Source of the DNA: Antechinus flavipes
Taxonomy: Eukaryota
Assembly: GCF_016432865.1 (NCBI RefSeq)
Contig: NC_067403.1
Coordinates: 247,690,001 to 247,754,000, forward strand
DNA length: 64,000 bases
Reading direction: 5' to 3'
The stretch's first letter is position 1. The number at the start of each line of letters is the position of its first letter. A model generated the notes under the pieces. The model was given only the letters and a program-made list of their open reading frames with translations. It searched no databases and was not told the DNA's origin. A program made the translations under genes and the position numbers. Shown here piece by piece: positions 13,166 through 25,859 of this stretch.

Positions 13166-13824
13166 AAAAAAACCGTTGACTTCCAGTTTATCAGCCTCCT
13201 CCATGCCCATGATCTGTGCCTCCATTCCATCTCAGTGACAGACAGGGATGACCATACCTTTGATCTCACCATCCACTAACAAAGACTCTGAAATTCTTCT
13301 ATTTGACCATACTCTCCTATCCTTCCATTTTTCTCTATTTTAATCTATTCTTTTTCGTTACCATGTCCCCCAATCCCTTTGTTCCTTGGTGTTTCCTTGT
13401 ATCATCACTCCATTTGGCTTTCCTTTCCTTCTTTTCCATTCCTAATTCTGTAGTTAATTTGCTCAGAAATACACTATTTTCTCTTCAACTCCTGAAGCTG
13501 CCATTTCCTACTCTAAACTAGACTACCAGAGACTATGCCTTAAGAGTAAGACATTTAGCTCTATATCCCTTGAGACTGTGGTGTCTTTTCTTCATTTTGG
13601 CCACTTTCTACCCAACCATACCATTTCTCTCTCTCCTCTTACTTTCTAAAAGTTGTAATCTAAAAATTGTAATCAAATCCACATCTGGATTGCTTCTGAA
13701 AAGGTTATATCAATGAACTGTGCTGTTGTTCCACTCCATTTTTGTTAACTCCTGGACTGTAACTCCCTTTCCTGGTTACCATTTGTCTAAATGTGCTGTC
13801 CCCTCCATTAGAATGTAAGCTCCT

Positions 13825-14182
13825 AATTCAGTTTCAATTGATCAAGGATGGACAGAAGCAGCTACACCCACAGAAAGAACACTGGGAAATGAATATAAAC
13901 TGCTTGCATTTTTGTTTTTCTTCCCAGGTTATTTATACCTTCTGAATCCAATTCTCCCTGTGCAACAAGAGAACTGTTCGGTTCTGCACACATATATTGT
14001 ATCTAGGATATACTGTAACCTATTTAACATGTATAGGACTGCTTGCCATCTGGGGGAGGGAGGGGAAAAATCGGAACAGAAGTGAGTACAAGGGATAATG
14101 CTGTAAAAAATTACTCTGGCATGGGTTCTGTCAATAAAAAGTTATTTACAAAACAATACAAAACAAACAAACAAACAAAAAA
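13825..14182 (+). mobile_element. L1 3' end (5'-truncated, younger subfamily) inserted in an L2 tail
   Basis: Reverse complement of the elements at 24697, 26301 and 42503; AATAAA at ~14133 then an A/AAAC tail; flanked by the two halves of gtaagctcct|tgagggcagggact. Confidence 0.85.
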
Positions 14183-14539
14183 GGCAGGGCACTGTTGAGG
14201 GCAGGGACTATTTCACATATTTGTATCTCTGGCTCTTAGCACAGAACTTGCCACATAGTAAAGGCTTAATATTATAAATGTTCATTCATTTATTCATTCC
14301 TCTACCATTCAATCCCTTTTCCACTTATACTATTGTATTCATGCTATATTATAGCATCCTCCTATACTGTTCATGCTTTGCTAGACCCAAATCCTGTCTT
14401 TCCATCACGATTTGTCTCCTCTGCTGCTATGCATTGCTGGATGTTCCTGGCAGAAGTCACACATTTGTGCATATTGTGTTTGTTACAAATTTATGTAATC
14501 TAATCTCAGTTGGACCTTTAATACTTTATTTTTCTCTAA

Positions 14540-15638
14540 TTGGTTAGTTCATTCTCCACAATTAATTTTCCGAATCTTCTCTATCTTCCTTACCCTTCCT
14601 ACATTGTCTTTTTCATCTCTCCTCTCTCTGTATTAGAAAAGAATCTTATTTCCTACTTTAGTGATAAAATAGGGCCATCCTTTGTGAGGTCTATCACCTA
14701 CTCTATTTCATATTTCAAATATTCTCTACATTGTGAGTCCTTGAATTTTTAAAAATATTGTAATAAATATATTTCAGTATAATGTCTTTCCTTCACAATT
14801 TTATTTTATGTTTTTAAAAACTTTATTTTGAGAAGTGTAGTCTAGGTTTATAGGCTTTAGATTGCCAAAGAGTTCCATGAAACAAGCAGAAAATTAGAAC
14901 CTTAGCTCCATATTATTTCTCATTGTTCTTCCTCTGCTGTTGTCTGATAAAGAGATGACCTTTCTCCTACCAAAGTCAGTCCTTCGAATTGTGTTCTTGA
15001 TTCCATTTCTTTTTGATTCTTTTGACAATTTATTTCTTTATTCAGTCTCTGTCTTTATTTTGTCTCTAATCTCTTTTCCACTGGCTTCTTCCTTGCTACC
15101 AACAAACATGCCCAAGTGTCTCATCCTTAAAAATCCTTCACTTGGTGCTGCCATCTGCTCTAATTATCATCCTAAATATCTTTTCCCTTTCACAGCTGAA
15201 CTCTTCAAAAGGGTCTAAACTCATTTCTAGTTCCTCACCTCCCACTCTTCAACCCTTTGCAATCTGGCTCTCAATCATCCTACCCCACTCAAGTGAGGAT
15301 GCTTTGTCCAAGGTTACCAATAATCTGTCAGTGACTCAATCCAATGAACTTTTTTCAATACTCATTCACTTTGATCTCTGTGCAGTTTTTGACACTGTTG
15401 GGCATGCTACCTCCTACACACTCCCTTACTGTGTTTTCATAATTCTCCTTCTAACAGTTTGACCATTCCTTGATCACCATCTTTTTCTGGCCTACCAAAT
15501 GTGGACATCCTCAGAATCTCTATCCCAGGCTCCTTTTCTGCATTTGTACTCTCTCATTTGGTGACTCATTAGCTTCTATTACCATTAGTTATTATCTAAA
15601 TACAATGACTGAAATCTATATATCCAATTCTATCCATA

Positions 15639-15669
<31 letters not shown>

Positions 15670-16200
15670 ATCTCCCTATATATCTACCCCTTTATTATTG
15701 TACTCTAGTTCTGAAAAGTCAACTGTCTGCTGTATACCTCCACTTAAATATACTGTTGGCACCTTAACCTCAAAATGAAAATGCTAGTTTTTATCCCCTA
15801 GGTCAGTTCTTCTCAAAAATTCATTTTTTCTGTTCAGTGTACCACCATCTTTCTAGGTTCCAAATTTTGCAATCTTGGAGTTTGCTTTAGCTCTTTCTTC
15901 TTTGTCATCCACTTCCTGTCAGATACTATATCTTGTTAATCCTCTATCATATCCATTCAAAAACCTATCATATCTATTCCCTTCTTTCCACCTTTCAATA
16001 GCTTAGTTCTTAATGTTATTTTCATTACCACTTTTCTAATCTGTTGCAAATGCTTTCTAATTCTTTTCCCCAGACTGTTGTTTATAGTCTTTCCCTTCTC
16101 AAATCCTTCCTCACCACAGTTGCCAAACTGATTTTCCTAATACATAGATCTCACCATGTTGCTCCCATACTCAAATACCATCCCTCTTATCTCTAGGATA
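14540..16200 (+). mobile_element. L2 LINE body, degraded
   Basis: CT-rich; ctcattcactttgatctctgtgcagtttttgacactgttgg (L2 RT DLSAAFDTV-like); ccacagttgccaaactgattttcc. Confidence 0.65.
15645..15668 (+). repeat. (TG)n microsatellite
   Basis: Direct reading. Confidence 0.95.
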
Positions 16201-18199
16201 TGGACAACTTATTGGTACAATGGATGGAATGCTAGACCTGAAGACAGGAAGTCTTTTCTTCCTAAGTTCAAATCAGTTAGTCCCCATTTGCTTCAGTTCC
16301 TCATCTATAAAATGACCTATAGAAATACTCCAGCCAAGAAAACCCCAAGTGGAATCATAAGGAGTTGGACACAACTGAATAACAAAAATGGGTAAATACA
16401 AAATCATCAGCCTTCCACTTGCAGTTTTCTCAGTTTTGCTTCCACCGATTTTTTCCAGACTCATTTCCTATTACTTCCCTTTAAACATTCTTCATTTTAG
16501 TTAAATTGACTTGCTAGTTATTCTTATAAATGACTTCACATTTTCAGTCTTTGTAGTTCTCTTCAAATGTGTTAATTGCATGTAGAATTCACTCTTTCCT
16601 CAACTCTCCCTCAGGTGTAAAACTTCTAACCCCGTGTCTAGCACATAATGTGTTCAAAAAAAATTCATGTTCCTTTTCCTCGTCCCTTCCTCTAAATTCT
16701 TCCTTAGTCTCTCTCTGTCTCTGTCTCTGCCTCTCTCTACTTAAAAACTTAGAAATAATCACTTACTATAACAGACAAAATTCTTCAGTTTGGTGCTTTA
16801 TGAATAGTAAGGCTTACCCACCTCATCATCCTCATGTCGGGAGGCTTCTAAGTATCCCATGCTGTGCCATTCACTTCTCTGCAGCTAATCTCCAGTCCCT
16901 CTTCAATTAAAGCTTTGACTGAGGAATAGAGAGCTCTGGCAGAGATGTTTGGAAGTGCTACATCCAAGCTGTAGGCTCCATTGTCATCCTGCCCAGACTT
17001 TATTACTCTATTTTCATTTTTATAGGAACTACCATGACTTCAGAGGTTCTAGATCCTAGATCACATATCTTTTCCTTGGGGGTCTAGACTGTATAGGGGC
17101 TTCCAGAGAGATTGGGACAGCTTGACTCAATGGCCCTTGGTCATTTGTTTTGGGAAGGTGGGGTCCAGCTTTCCCTCGATGGATTGAGGTTCTTAAGGGA
17201 GCACGGTCCCTGCCTGGACTGCGGGTAGCCAGCAGTCTTATCAGCAGGCAACCTCAGAGGGAGCAGGTGCACATGGCCTGAGCTCTTTCACTGAGGAAGC
17301 TCCTTTTATTTGAGTCCAGATTCTACTGCCTCTACAATGGCATGTGGTCCTCTGAGGGGTATAGAATGAAGATGAGGAGAGTATCTTTCTCTACCATCAG
17401 GTTTGCCCCATTGTTCACATGGAATCCTTACTGAAAATTAGCCCCGAGTCATTTATTTGCACTCTATGTCCTTCCCCTATTGAGCTAGGGCAGTTGGGAG
17501 CTTAGAGCTAGAGAGGAATTCCTTCTCATTGGCAGGCCCATCAGCAATGGTGTGGAGAGCTTTCAAAGGGTGTAGCAGAGAGAAGGAAGGCTTGGGTCAA
17601 GTCCTCCAAGCTCAGAACTCTGGGGATGCCAATTTGATTAAGAGGCACTTGGGACCTTGTTAAGCAGGTGGGCCTCTTATTTCTGTCAGCACATTCCCTT
17701 GTTGCTGGGTTTTTTCCCTCAGCAGTGATGTTGTCTTCTAAACCTTGGAAAAAGCCAATGGGCATAAGAAAGAGCTTTGGGGTTTGTTGACATTGAATGA
17801 ATAGTTCCTGTTGATGGTCTGCTTATTAACCACTCCTCGTTTTCCATCTGGTACTTACACTCTCCCTTCAACTAGGGAATACTAGTTGTGGCAATCAAAG
17901 CTTCTGATTCTTCTGCCACATGACAATGCCATTTTATGCCCTCCCAGATGTCATTCAAAGCTCTGGATTCTGAATATGGATCTGAAGTCCAAGATCTGCA
18001 TGATTGCCACAAGATTCTAGAGCTAGAAGGAACCTTGGAAATCAAAGTTATTGCTGTCTAGTTATGACCCTGAGGCTAAGTATTTGTCCAAGACCACACA
18101 GTCAAATCAAGCCAGGATTAGACCTCAGGGCTTTCCTCTCTACCATAATGCTTCATTCTGAAGTTGGCTCCAGAATTTGTTCACAGCTTTAATGGAGAG

Positions 18200-18860
18200 C
18201 ATAAGTAGCTTTTGTCCCCTGCTAGCCTTGAGACATGTATGTTCATCCACAAAGGAATTGTTGATTTTTCTCCTCTCCAGTATTTGTCTTGGTGATCTCA
18301 TCAGTTCCCATGGATTCATTTGTCAAGTCTATGCCAATGATTCTCAGATTTATCCAGCCCTAATCTCTCTCCTGACCTCCAGTGTCCCATTTCCAGTTGC
18401 CCATTGGGCATCTAAATAAAATGGATCTCCTAGACAACTTAAACTCACCATGTCCAAAACTGACCTCATTATCTTTTCTCCCATAAACCTCATATTTTTC
18501 TAACTTCCCTATTATTATCAAGAGTACTACCATCTTCCCAGACATCCAAATTCAAAATCTCAGTGTTGTCTTCAATTCCTTACTGTCTCTCATCTCCCCA
18601 TATCCAATCAATTGCCAAATGCTGTTGTTTTTACCTTCAAAACTTCTCTGGTGCATACCCCCTTCTTCCTCTGACTGCTGCCATTCTTGGTGAAGACTTC
18701 TATCATCTCATTCTTGGGCTATTGCTCTAACATGCTGGTTAATTTCCCTATTTTAAATCTCTTTTCATTCTAATCCATTTTCTACTCAGCTATCAAACCT
18801 ATCTTTCTAAGGCTCAGGTCTGATCAATTCACCCCCATTCAGTAAACCATAAAATCCTGT
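18200..18860 (+). mobile_element. L2 LINE fragment
   Basis: ctatgccaatgattctcagatttat (YADDSQIY-like), aaactcaccatgtccaaaactga. Confidence 0.7.
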
Positions 18861-18904
18861 TTGGCTTTTGAAACCTTTAATATCCTAGCTACCTTCTCAC
18901 TTTT

Positions 18905-19033
18905 CCCATTTTCTTATATATATATTTTTTGTGGTTATATTTCTTATATAATTTTCCCCTCCTTCCCTCCCACCACCTCCCCCAGATGGCAGGTAGACCA
19001 ATACATGTTAAATATGTTTAAGTATATGTTAAA

Positions 19034-19036
<3 letters not shown>
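18905..19036 (-). mobile_element. Short L1 3'-end fragment running into (TA)n
   Basis: ccctcccaccacctcccccagatggcaggtagacc resembles the L1 3' UTR segment cccctcccccagatggcaagcagtcc. Confidence 0.6.

Positions 19037-19085
<49 letters not shown>
19037..19085 (+). repeat. (TA)n microsatellite
   Basis: Direct reading. Confidence 0.97.
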
Positions 19086-19087
<2 letters not shown>

Positions 19088-19179
19088 CCCTGCTTTCAAG
19101 GAACTTCTAGTGTTATTGGAATAAATAGCATGAACATCTTTAAGTTGATATAATATACATACATACATATATATAATAA

Positions 19180-19850
19180 ATATAATTTAATTTGAGAGGT
19201 GGAGGAGAACAATTGGTAACGATCAGGAAAGGTTTTATGTAAGAGGCAGCATTTGAGCTAAACTATGAGGAAAACTAGGAATTCTAAGAAATGGAGATGT
19301 TCAGGTAGTAGGGACAGCCAGCATAAAGGCATGGAGCTGGGAGAGAAAATGTTGATATGAAGGACAATGACTTGGCCATTTTGAATGGGCTGAGGAGATT
19401 ATTGTGTAATAAATCTGTAAAGAGACATTAGAACCCAATATGAAAGATTTTAAGTACAGAACAGAAGAATTTATATTTGATCCTGGAGATGATAGGAAGA
19501 TATTGAAGCTTCTTGAACAGGACAGTGACATCGTCTTATTATACTTTAGCAATATCAATTTAACAGTTGTGTAGAGAATGGAATGGAGAAGAGAGAGCCT
19601 AAAAATATAATGATTTATTAGGAGGCTATTGCTATAGTCCAGATAAAAAATGATACAGGCCTGCACTAAGGTGGTGGCTGTATGAATAGTTATAAGGGGA
19701 AGGTTTTGAAGGCAGAACTGATAATTCGAGGGAGTTAGAGGGAGAGTACAAACTCAAGGATGACTCAGAAATTGCAAAACTGTGTGTTTGGAAGAATGGT
19801 AGTACTTCACAAAAACAGGGAAATTAGGAAAAAGGGTAGGATTACATTTT
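19180..19850 (-). mobile_element. L2 LINE fragment
   Basis: Minus ORF 19301-19666 begins ...FYLDYSNSLL, cf. L2 LDYCNSLL. Confidence 0.65.
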
Positions 19851-19855
19851 TTTTT

Positions 19856-20075
19856 GCATTTGTTCAGTCATTTTCAGTCACACCTGACTCTTCATGACCC
19901 CATTTGGGGCTTTTTTGGGCAAAGATAATGAAATCATTTGTTATTTCCTTCTCCAGTTCATTTTACAGATGAGGAAACTGAGGCAAATAGTATCCAGGGT
20001 CATACAACTAGGACATGTGTGAGGTCGGACTTGAACTAAGCAAGATGAGTCTTCTTGACTCTAGGCCTAGCACTC
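19856..20075 (-). mobile_element. Marsupial CORE-SINE (Mar1-like)
   Basis: gttcagtcattttcagtc...tttacagatgaggaaactgaggc antisense pattern. Confidence 0.7.
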
Positions 20076-21652
20076 TGTTCATGCCCTGGAATCTACAGGC
20101 TTGGGGTGAGGGAGGAGATAATGTTATATATCGCTTATGTTGAGTTTGAGATGCCTTCACAGGGCATTTAGGTGGAGCTATCTAGTAGTTTTTGATATGA
20201 GTTTGGAACTCATATGATCAATAAGGATCCTATAATCTTTCAATTCCTAAAATCTTTTAATCTAAAGAAGTGTCTTCCTAAGGAACTGGGAGTAATCCAG
20301 GAAAGTGGGAAACCAGGAAGGGCTGATGGTAGCAAACCCCAGTATGTGGTCTAGATTATAAACTCCTTCAAAATTGATACTTTGATCTTTCTTTGCATCC
20401 TCAGTGCTTAGGACAGTGACTGGCACATAGTATTTGCTTTATAAATACTTGCTGAATTAAGACAACGCTTAATCTTTAGCATAGAGTAATAACGAGAATA
20501 TTGGATTTACAATTGGAAGACCAGTACTTAACTTGACCTCTAGGTGATACTGGACCTGGAATCAAGAAGTCCTAAATTCAATCCATTCTCAGCTATTTTC
20601 TAGATGTATGACCTTGGGAAAACCATTTAACTTCCATTTGCCCCAATTTCCTCACTTGTAAAATGGAGATAATAATAGCACTTCTTCTATTGTCATGAAG
20701 ATAAAATGAGATAATATTTATAAAGGACTACATAAATAATATTATCATAATGGTTATTTTTATATAATTTAACTTTTCTGGGTCTCAGTTTCCTTCTCTA
20801 TAAAACAAAGGAGTTGGCTAGTTTTACTGCAGCTCAACAAGCTTAAGAACTTCCTTTGAGAAAGTGCTAAATCCATGGTCATACCAAGTTCCTGTACAGT
20901 ATGGCTCATCATTTTGACACCTAGACCCCAGCTTCCTCTTCTCCACTAATCCATTATAGCCCATAATGGTTTTAGTATGATCCTGAACTCTTCCTCATCC
21001 CAGGAACAGTTCTTAATCTCATGCTATGGGAAATAATACCATTATAAAGGAGTTCATCCTGCTTGACTTCCCTGTTATTGGAGAGACATGTGGAAGGGGA
21101 GGTTGGGAAAAGAGTAGACTCATTTGGCACTTCCATTAGGCCTTCAAGAGATGATTGTATGCAGTAGCTCAGTCTGACTTCTCAATTCCAAAAAGGAACT
21201 AAGACAACCTGGATCCTGACAACCATTTGGATCTCTCCCTTCTTCTCTCTGGGACCTCAGTTACCTCTTCTCTTTATTCAATGTTCCTATGTTGCTAATA
21301 CTTTTCAGTTTGGCTCTTGGAGTCCTGATTGGAGAGAGGATACTCTATCTTCCCTGCTCCTGTTTCCAGGGGCCTGTAGTCCCTATTGCTTTTTCTTATA
21401 GACCGTGCAGCTTTCCTAAAACTCATACCTGTGCCTCAAGTAGCTTCTGGACCATTTGCTATAGTTTGAAATGTTTTCTCATAACTGAGAAAGAATGCTT
21501 ATTCTTCTGAAGCATAAATCCCAGAATACCAGTTATTCTCCACAAGCATCTATTAAGTGTTTGCCATTTAGAAGGCAACTGGGCAAGGGTCTGAGAATAT
21601 AGACCAAAGTGCAGATTTCTTGCCCTCAGGAGTTTGCAGTCTACTTTGGAGA

Positions 21653-21721
21653 CTTATACAGAAAGGTAAGATACAAAATATATAATAGCTTATACAGAAA
21701 GGTAAGATACAAAATATATAA
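21653..21721 (+). repeat. Perfect tandem duplication, 36-bp period
   Basis: cttatacagaaaggtaagatacaaaatatataa repeated, spacer tag. Confidence 0.95.
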
Positions 21722-22339
21722 ATTCAAAATACAAAATAATTTTGCAGATGGAGTGGAGAGAACTCTACAAGCTTGGGGGTGGTGATGGGGAAATCAGCAA
21801 GATTCTTATGTAGGAGGTGACAGCTGAGCTGAGGCTTAAATTCCAAGAGAAATCCAAAGATAAGGAGGGAGAATGATCCATGCTTGGAAAAAGGTAGCAA
21901 CAGATAGTTTCAGGTGGCTCAGAATAGATTAATCCCAGGAGTAAGTGGTCCCAATGAATGAATAGTTAACTTCAAGCCAATAATGCTTTTCTAAATAGTG
22001 TGTCCCCCAAATTTTAGACTTTTAGGACACCTTGTATAATGCCCATCTATTAGGTGTTTTTTCATTTGCTTTGAACTGATTGGGCCAGTCTAACATGTAA
22101 CAAAATACTCCAAGATGATCTTGGGTGAGGAAGCTATATATTTCTGGTTTTAAAACTTTTTTTTTCTTACAAAGAATTATGGGATTTATAGCTGAATGAG
22201 ACCTTAAGGATTTTCTAGCACAACTATTTCATTTGCAGTTGAAAAGAATAAGGACCAGAGAAATTAAATGACATGCCTAAGCTTGTATACTGGCAGAGAC
22301 AAGTTTTGACCTTGGTCGATCCATTATTTGTTCAACTAT

Positions 22340-22600
22340 TTGTTATTGTTGAGTCATTTTCAGTCATGTCTAACTCTTTGTGATCCATTTGGGGTTTTCT
22401 TGGCAAACTTCCTGGAATGGTTTACCATTTCCTTCTCCAACTTATTTTATAGATGAGAAAACAGGCAAACAGGGTTAAGTGATTGGCCTAGAATCATACA
22501 ATTTATCAGTATCTGAGGCTAGACTTGAATTCAGGAAGATGAGTTCTCCTGATTCCAGGGCTAGCACACTGTGCTCTGTGGTATCACCTAGATGCCCTAT
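22340..22600 (-). mobile_element. Marsupial CORE-SINE (Mar1-like)
   Basis: ttgagtcattttcagtc...ggggttttcttggcaaa...gtatcacctagatgccc antisense pattern. Confidence 0.75.
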
Positions 22601-24696
22601 TCAACTATGCCCCATCTAAATATTTGACATTTTTAGGATTGGTTCTTATGTCCAGAATATTATATTCAGTTCTGGGAGTCACATTTTTATAAGATGGTTG
22701 TAAAAGTAAAATTGGTTCAATAAGTAGCTTGTTAGATGCTGAGAAGATTTTGGATCAAAGTTCTCAATCCAAACTAACTTAATAAACATTAAGGATCAGG
22801 CATTGCGCTAAGCTGGGGATAAAATTAATAAAAAGATAGCCCTTGTTCTCAAGGAGCTTACAGAAGAGACAAAATATAAAGAAAAATAGAGAATGGGGGG
22901 ACACACCAAGTATCTATGGGGTGTCTTGTTCCTTGCAGTTGAAAACAGATATAGCAGCTGATGAAATGAGAAGGGAACTGAGAGTACGTTTTTTGCCCTT
23001 TATAAGGGAAGTCACTGAGAGGAGTTTGGACTCCATCTTAACCAGAGAGGGGCATCTTCTTCTTGGTAATGAAACTAGTCTTAGGATCTTGAAAGAATTG
23101 GTGATATTGAACCATGAGAACAGAAGATGGGAGCAATTACCATGATTGTCATCCATAAGTAATTGAAAGGCATTCCTATGGAAATCTTTTCCTGTCAGAA
23201 TTCATGGGGAACAAAATCAGTAGGAAAGGTTAAAAGTTGCAAAAAAGTTGAATTCATTTCTATGAAAGGAAGATCTGACCAACACTTTAAGCCACTTGAA
23301 GTGGTTGATTTCAGAATTCTAAAGTTCCCTGACCTTGGAACTCTTTCAAGTAGGTGCTGAATAACCTGTCAGCAAGATTATCTGGTCAGTTCTTTTTAGA
23401 TATGTTATAATAGATGATTTCTGAATTATCTTCCAACTATGATATTCTGAGAAGATGGACAGGGCATTAAAATCTTCTACATTATAATAGGAAATGCTTG
23501 TTGAGCACACTTAGCCAGTTATATGCAGATGGACAACAGAGATCAGGAAAGAAGAAAGTTGGAGATAATAAAGTTCTCTAAGGAACAGTTGCTTCTCTGA
23601 CTACAAAGATAATAATTAAAATAACAACACACACTAATATATCACTCTAAAATTTGCACAATGTTTTATAACATCTTTATAGCATGGTGAACAGAAAGCT
23701 GGTTTTGGAGCCAAGAAGTCTTGGGTAGCTAGGTTGCACAGTAGATAGAGCAATGGGCTTGAAGTCAGGAGACTCATCTTCTTGAATTCAAATCTGGCTT
23801 CAGATATTTGTGGCCTGAGAAATTTCTTATGTATGACCCTGGTCAAATCATCTAACTGTGTTTGCCTCAGTTCCTTTTCTGTAAAAGAAATGGCAAACCA
23901 TTCTAGTATCTTTGCCAGAAAACCTCAAGTGGGATGACAAAGAATCAGACATGACTTAAGAGTAATGACAGTCTTGGGTTTAAAGTCCCCTTCTAAACTG
24001 AGCTCACTGACATTCACTTTCCTCCACCTCTAGCTCTATGACCCTTTGATCTCAGTTCTTCCTTACAACAAACTTGGGAGATAGGTATTATTATTAATCA
24101 CATTTTATAGATGAGGAAACTGAAGTTTCTAAGATTCAGAAAAGTTGTGATTTTTCCAGGTTCACATGTCCTTGGAAAAATTTAACCTAGTTATTCCTAC
24201 GACCAGAGACCTTCATGGTGGTTAGGGTTAGAGGAGAAATGATGGACAGTGGAAGAATGATTAAAACAAGCCTTTGCAATACAATGTGATTTTCTTTTTA
24301 TATTTATTTAAATTCATATAATTATTATAATATGTGTTGGTTATAGAGCATACAGCCATATATAATATATAGCACATATTTACACATAAGTATATAAAAT
24401 ATAAAAATAAATGTATAAATTCTATTTTTATATATATATTTATTATATATATTTTATATATGTATGGATTTACCAAAATCTTGATGAGGAAGAAAAAAGT
24501 CAAAGAGAGTGGTTAGAAAACAAGTTAATAAATTTGTTTTAATAATTTATCAACACGCAATTATAGATTTGTCATGCTAGAGAAAGGAAAGTTCCTATAA
24601 GGTAAATGGATGAAAAGCTATCTTTAAATCAGTCATCAAGGTATCGAGAAGTCTTGAAGTTCTTTTGATATAATCAAAGGGATTAGACTGAATTTC

Positions 24697-25170
24697 TTTC
24701 TTTCTTTCTTTTTTAAAATAACTTTTTGTTGAGAGACCCCATGCCAGAGTAATTTTTTACAGCATTAACCCTTGTACTCTCTTCTCTTCTGATTTTTCCC
24801 CTCCCTCTATCCACCCCCTTTCCCAGATGGCAAGCAGTCCTTTACATGTTGAATAGGTTACAGTATATCCTAGATACAATATATGTGTGCAGAACCGAAC
24901 AGTTCTCTTGTTGCACAGGGAGAATTGGATTCAGAAGGTATAAATAACCCGGGAAGAAAAACAAAAATGCAAGCAGTTTATATTCATTTCCCAGTGTTCT
25001 TTCTTTGGGTATAGCTGCTTCTGTCCATCCTTGATCCATTGAAACTGAATCAGCTCTCTTTATCGAAGAGATCCACTTCCATCAGAATACATCCTCAAAC
25101 AGTATCATTGTTGAGGTATATAATGATCTCCTGGTTCTGCTCATTTCACTTAGCATCAGTTCATGTAAGA
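24697..25170 (-). mobile_element. L1 3' end, 5'-truncated, with 16-bp TSD
   Basis: TSD gattagactgaatttc (24681-24696) / gattagattgaatttc (25171-25186); (tttc)n tail; empty site at 2039-2054 in copy A. Confidence 0.92.
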
Positions 25171-25859
25171 GATTAGATTGAATTTCAAGATTGTTTTCTA
25201 CTTAAGCTTGGAAGGAGAACCAAGGTTGAATTAAGTCTTGGTCAAGAATTGTTCAAAGTTTGTTACTTAATTGTCTCTAAGCGTTTGTACTTTTGTATTT
25301 TATCACCTTTTCAAATGTAATTATTAATGTACATCTATCAAAAAAGGATTCCAGTTTCACAGTAAACCTTAACTGAAGAGTAAAGTCTGCTTTTTTGTGT
25401 TCTCAGGCATACTATGTCATTGGAAAGCCAGCACACTTTTGAACCTTGAGTTAAGAGTCTAGGAACAACTCCCTTCCTTATTTTCTTATTTATCACCACC
25501 TACATTTCTTTGTTTGGACTCCACCATAGTCCCCCCAAACCTTATCATCCTGAGAGACTGCATGAGCTCTAGTAGTCACATCATATTAATACACTCAGTA
25601 CTGATCCACTGATTGGAGGAATGAAGACAAAATGAAAAATTTCTCCCAATCCTCCATTTAAAGAACTTAGGTTAGCCATCTCTTCATTTCTCATTACTTT
25701 GGACTGGATTATATTATGACTTTATCCCAGGATACTTTCCCTTCCTGCCCCGCCCCCCCTTATCAGTTTCCTCTTGCATTATTTTACCCAATTATACTAT
25801 AAAGTCCTTGAGGGCAAGGGCTTTCATTTTTAGATATCAACTTCCTATTTTTATTCTGC

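Noticed and set aside
21420-21436. Strong minus-strand donor cacag|gtatgag
   Set aside because: Isolated motif with no paralog support or defined exon; expected by chance in 64 kb
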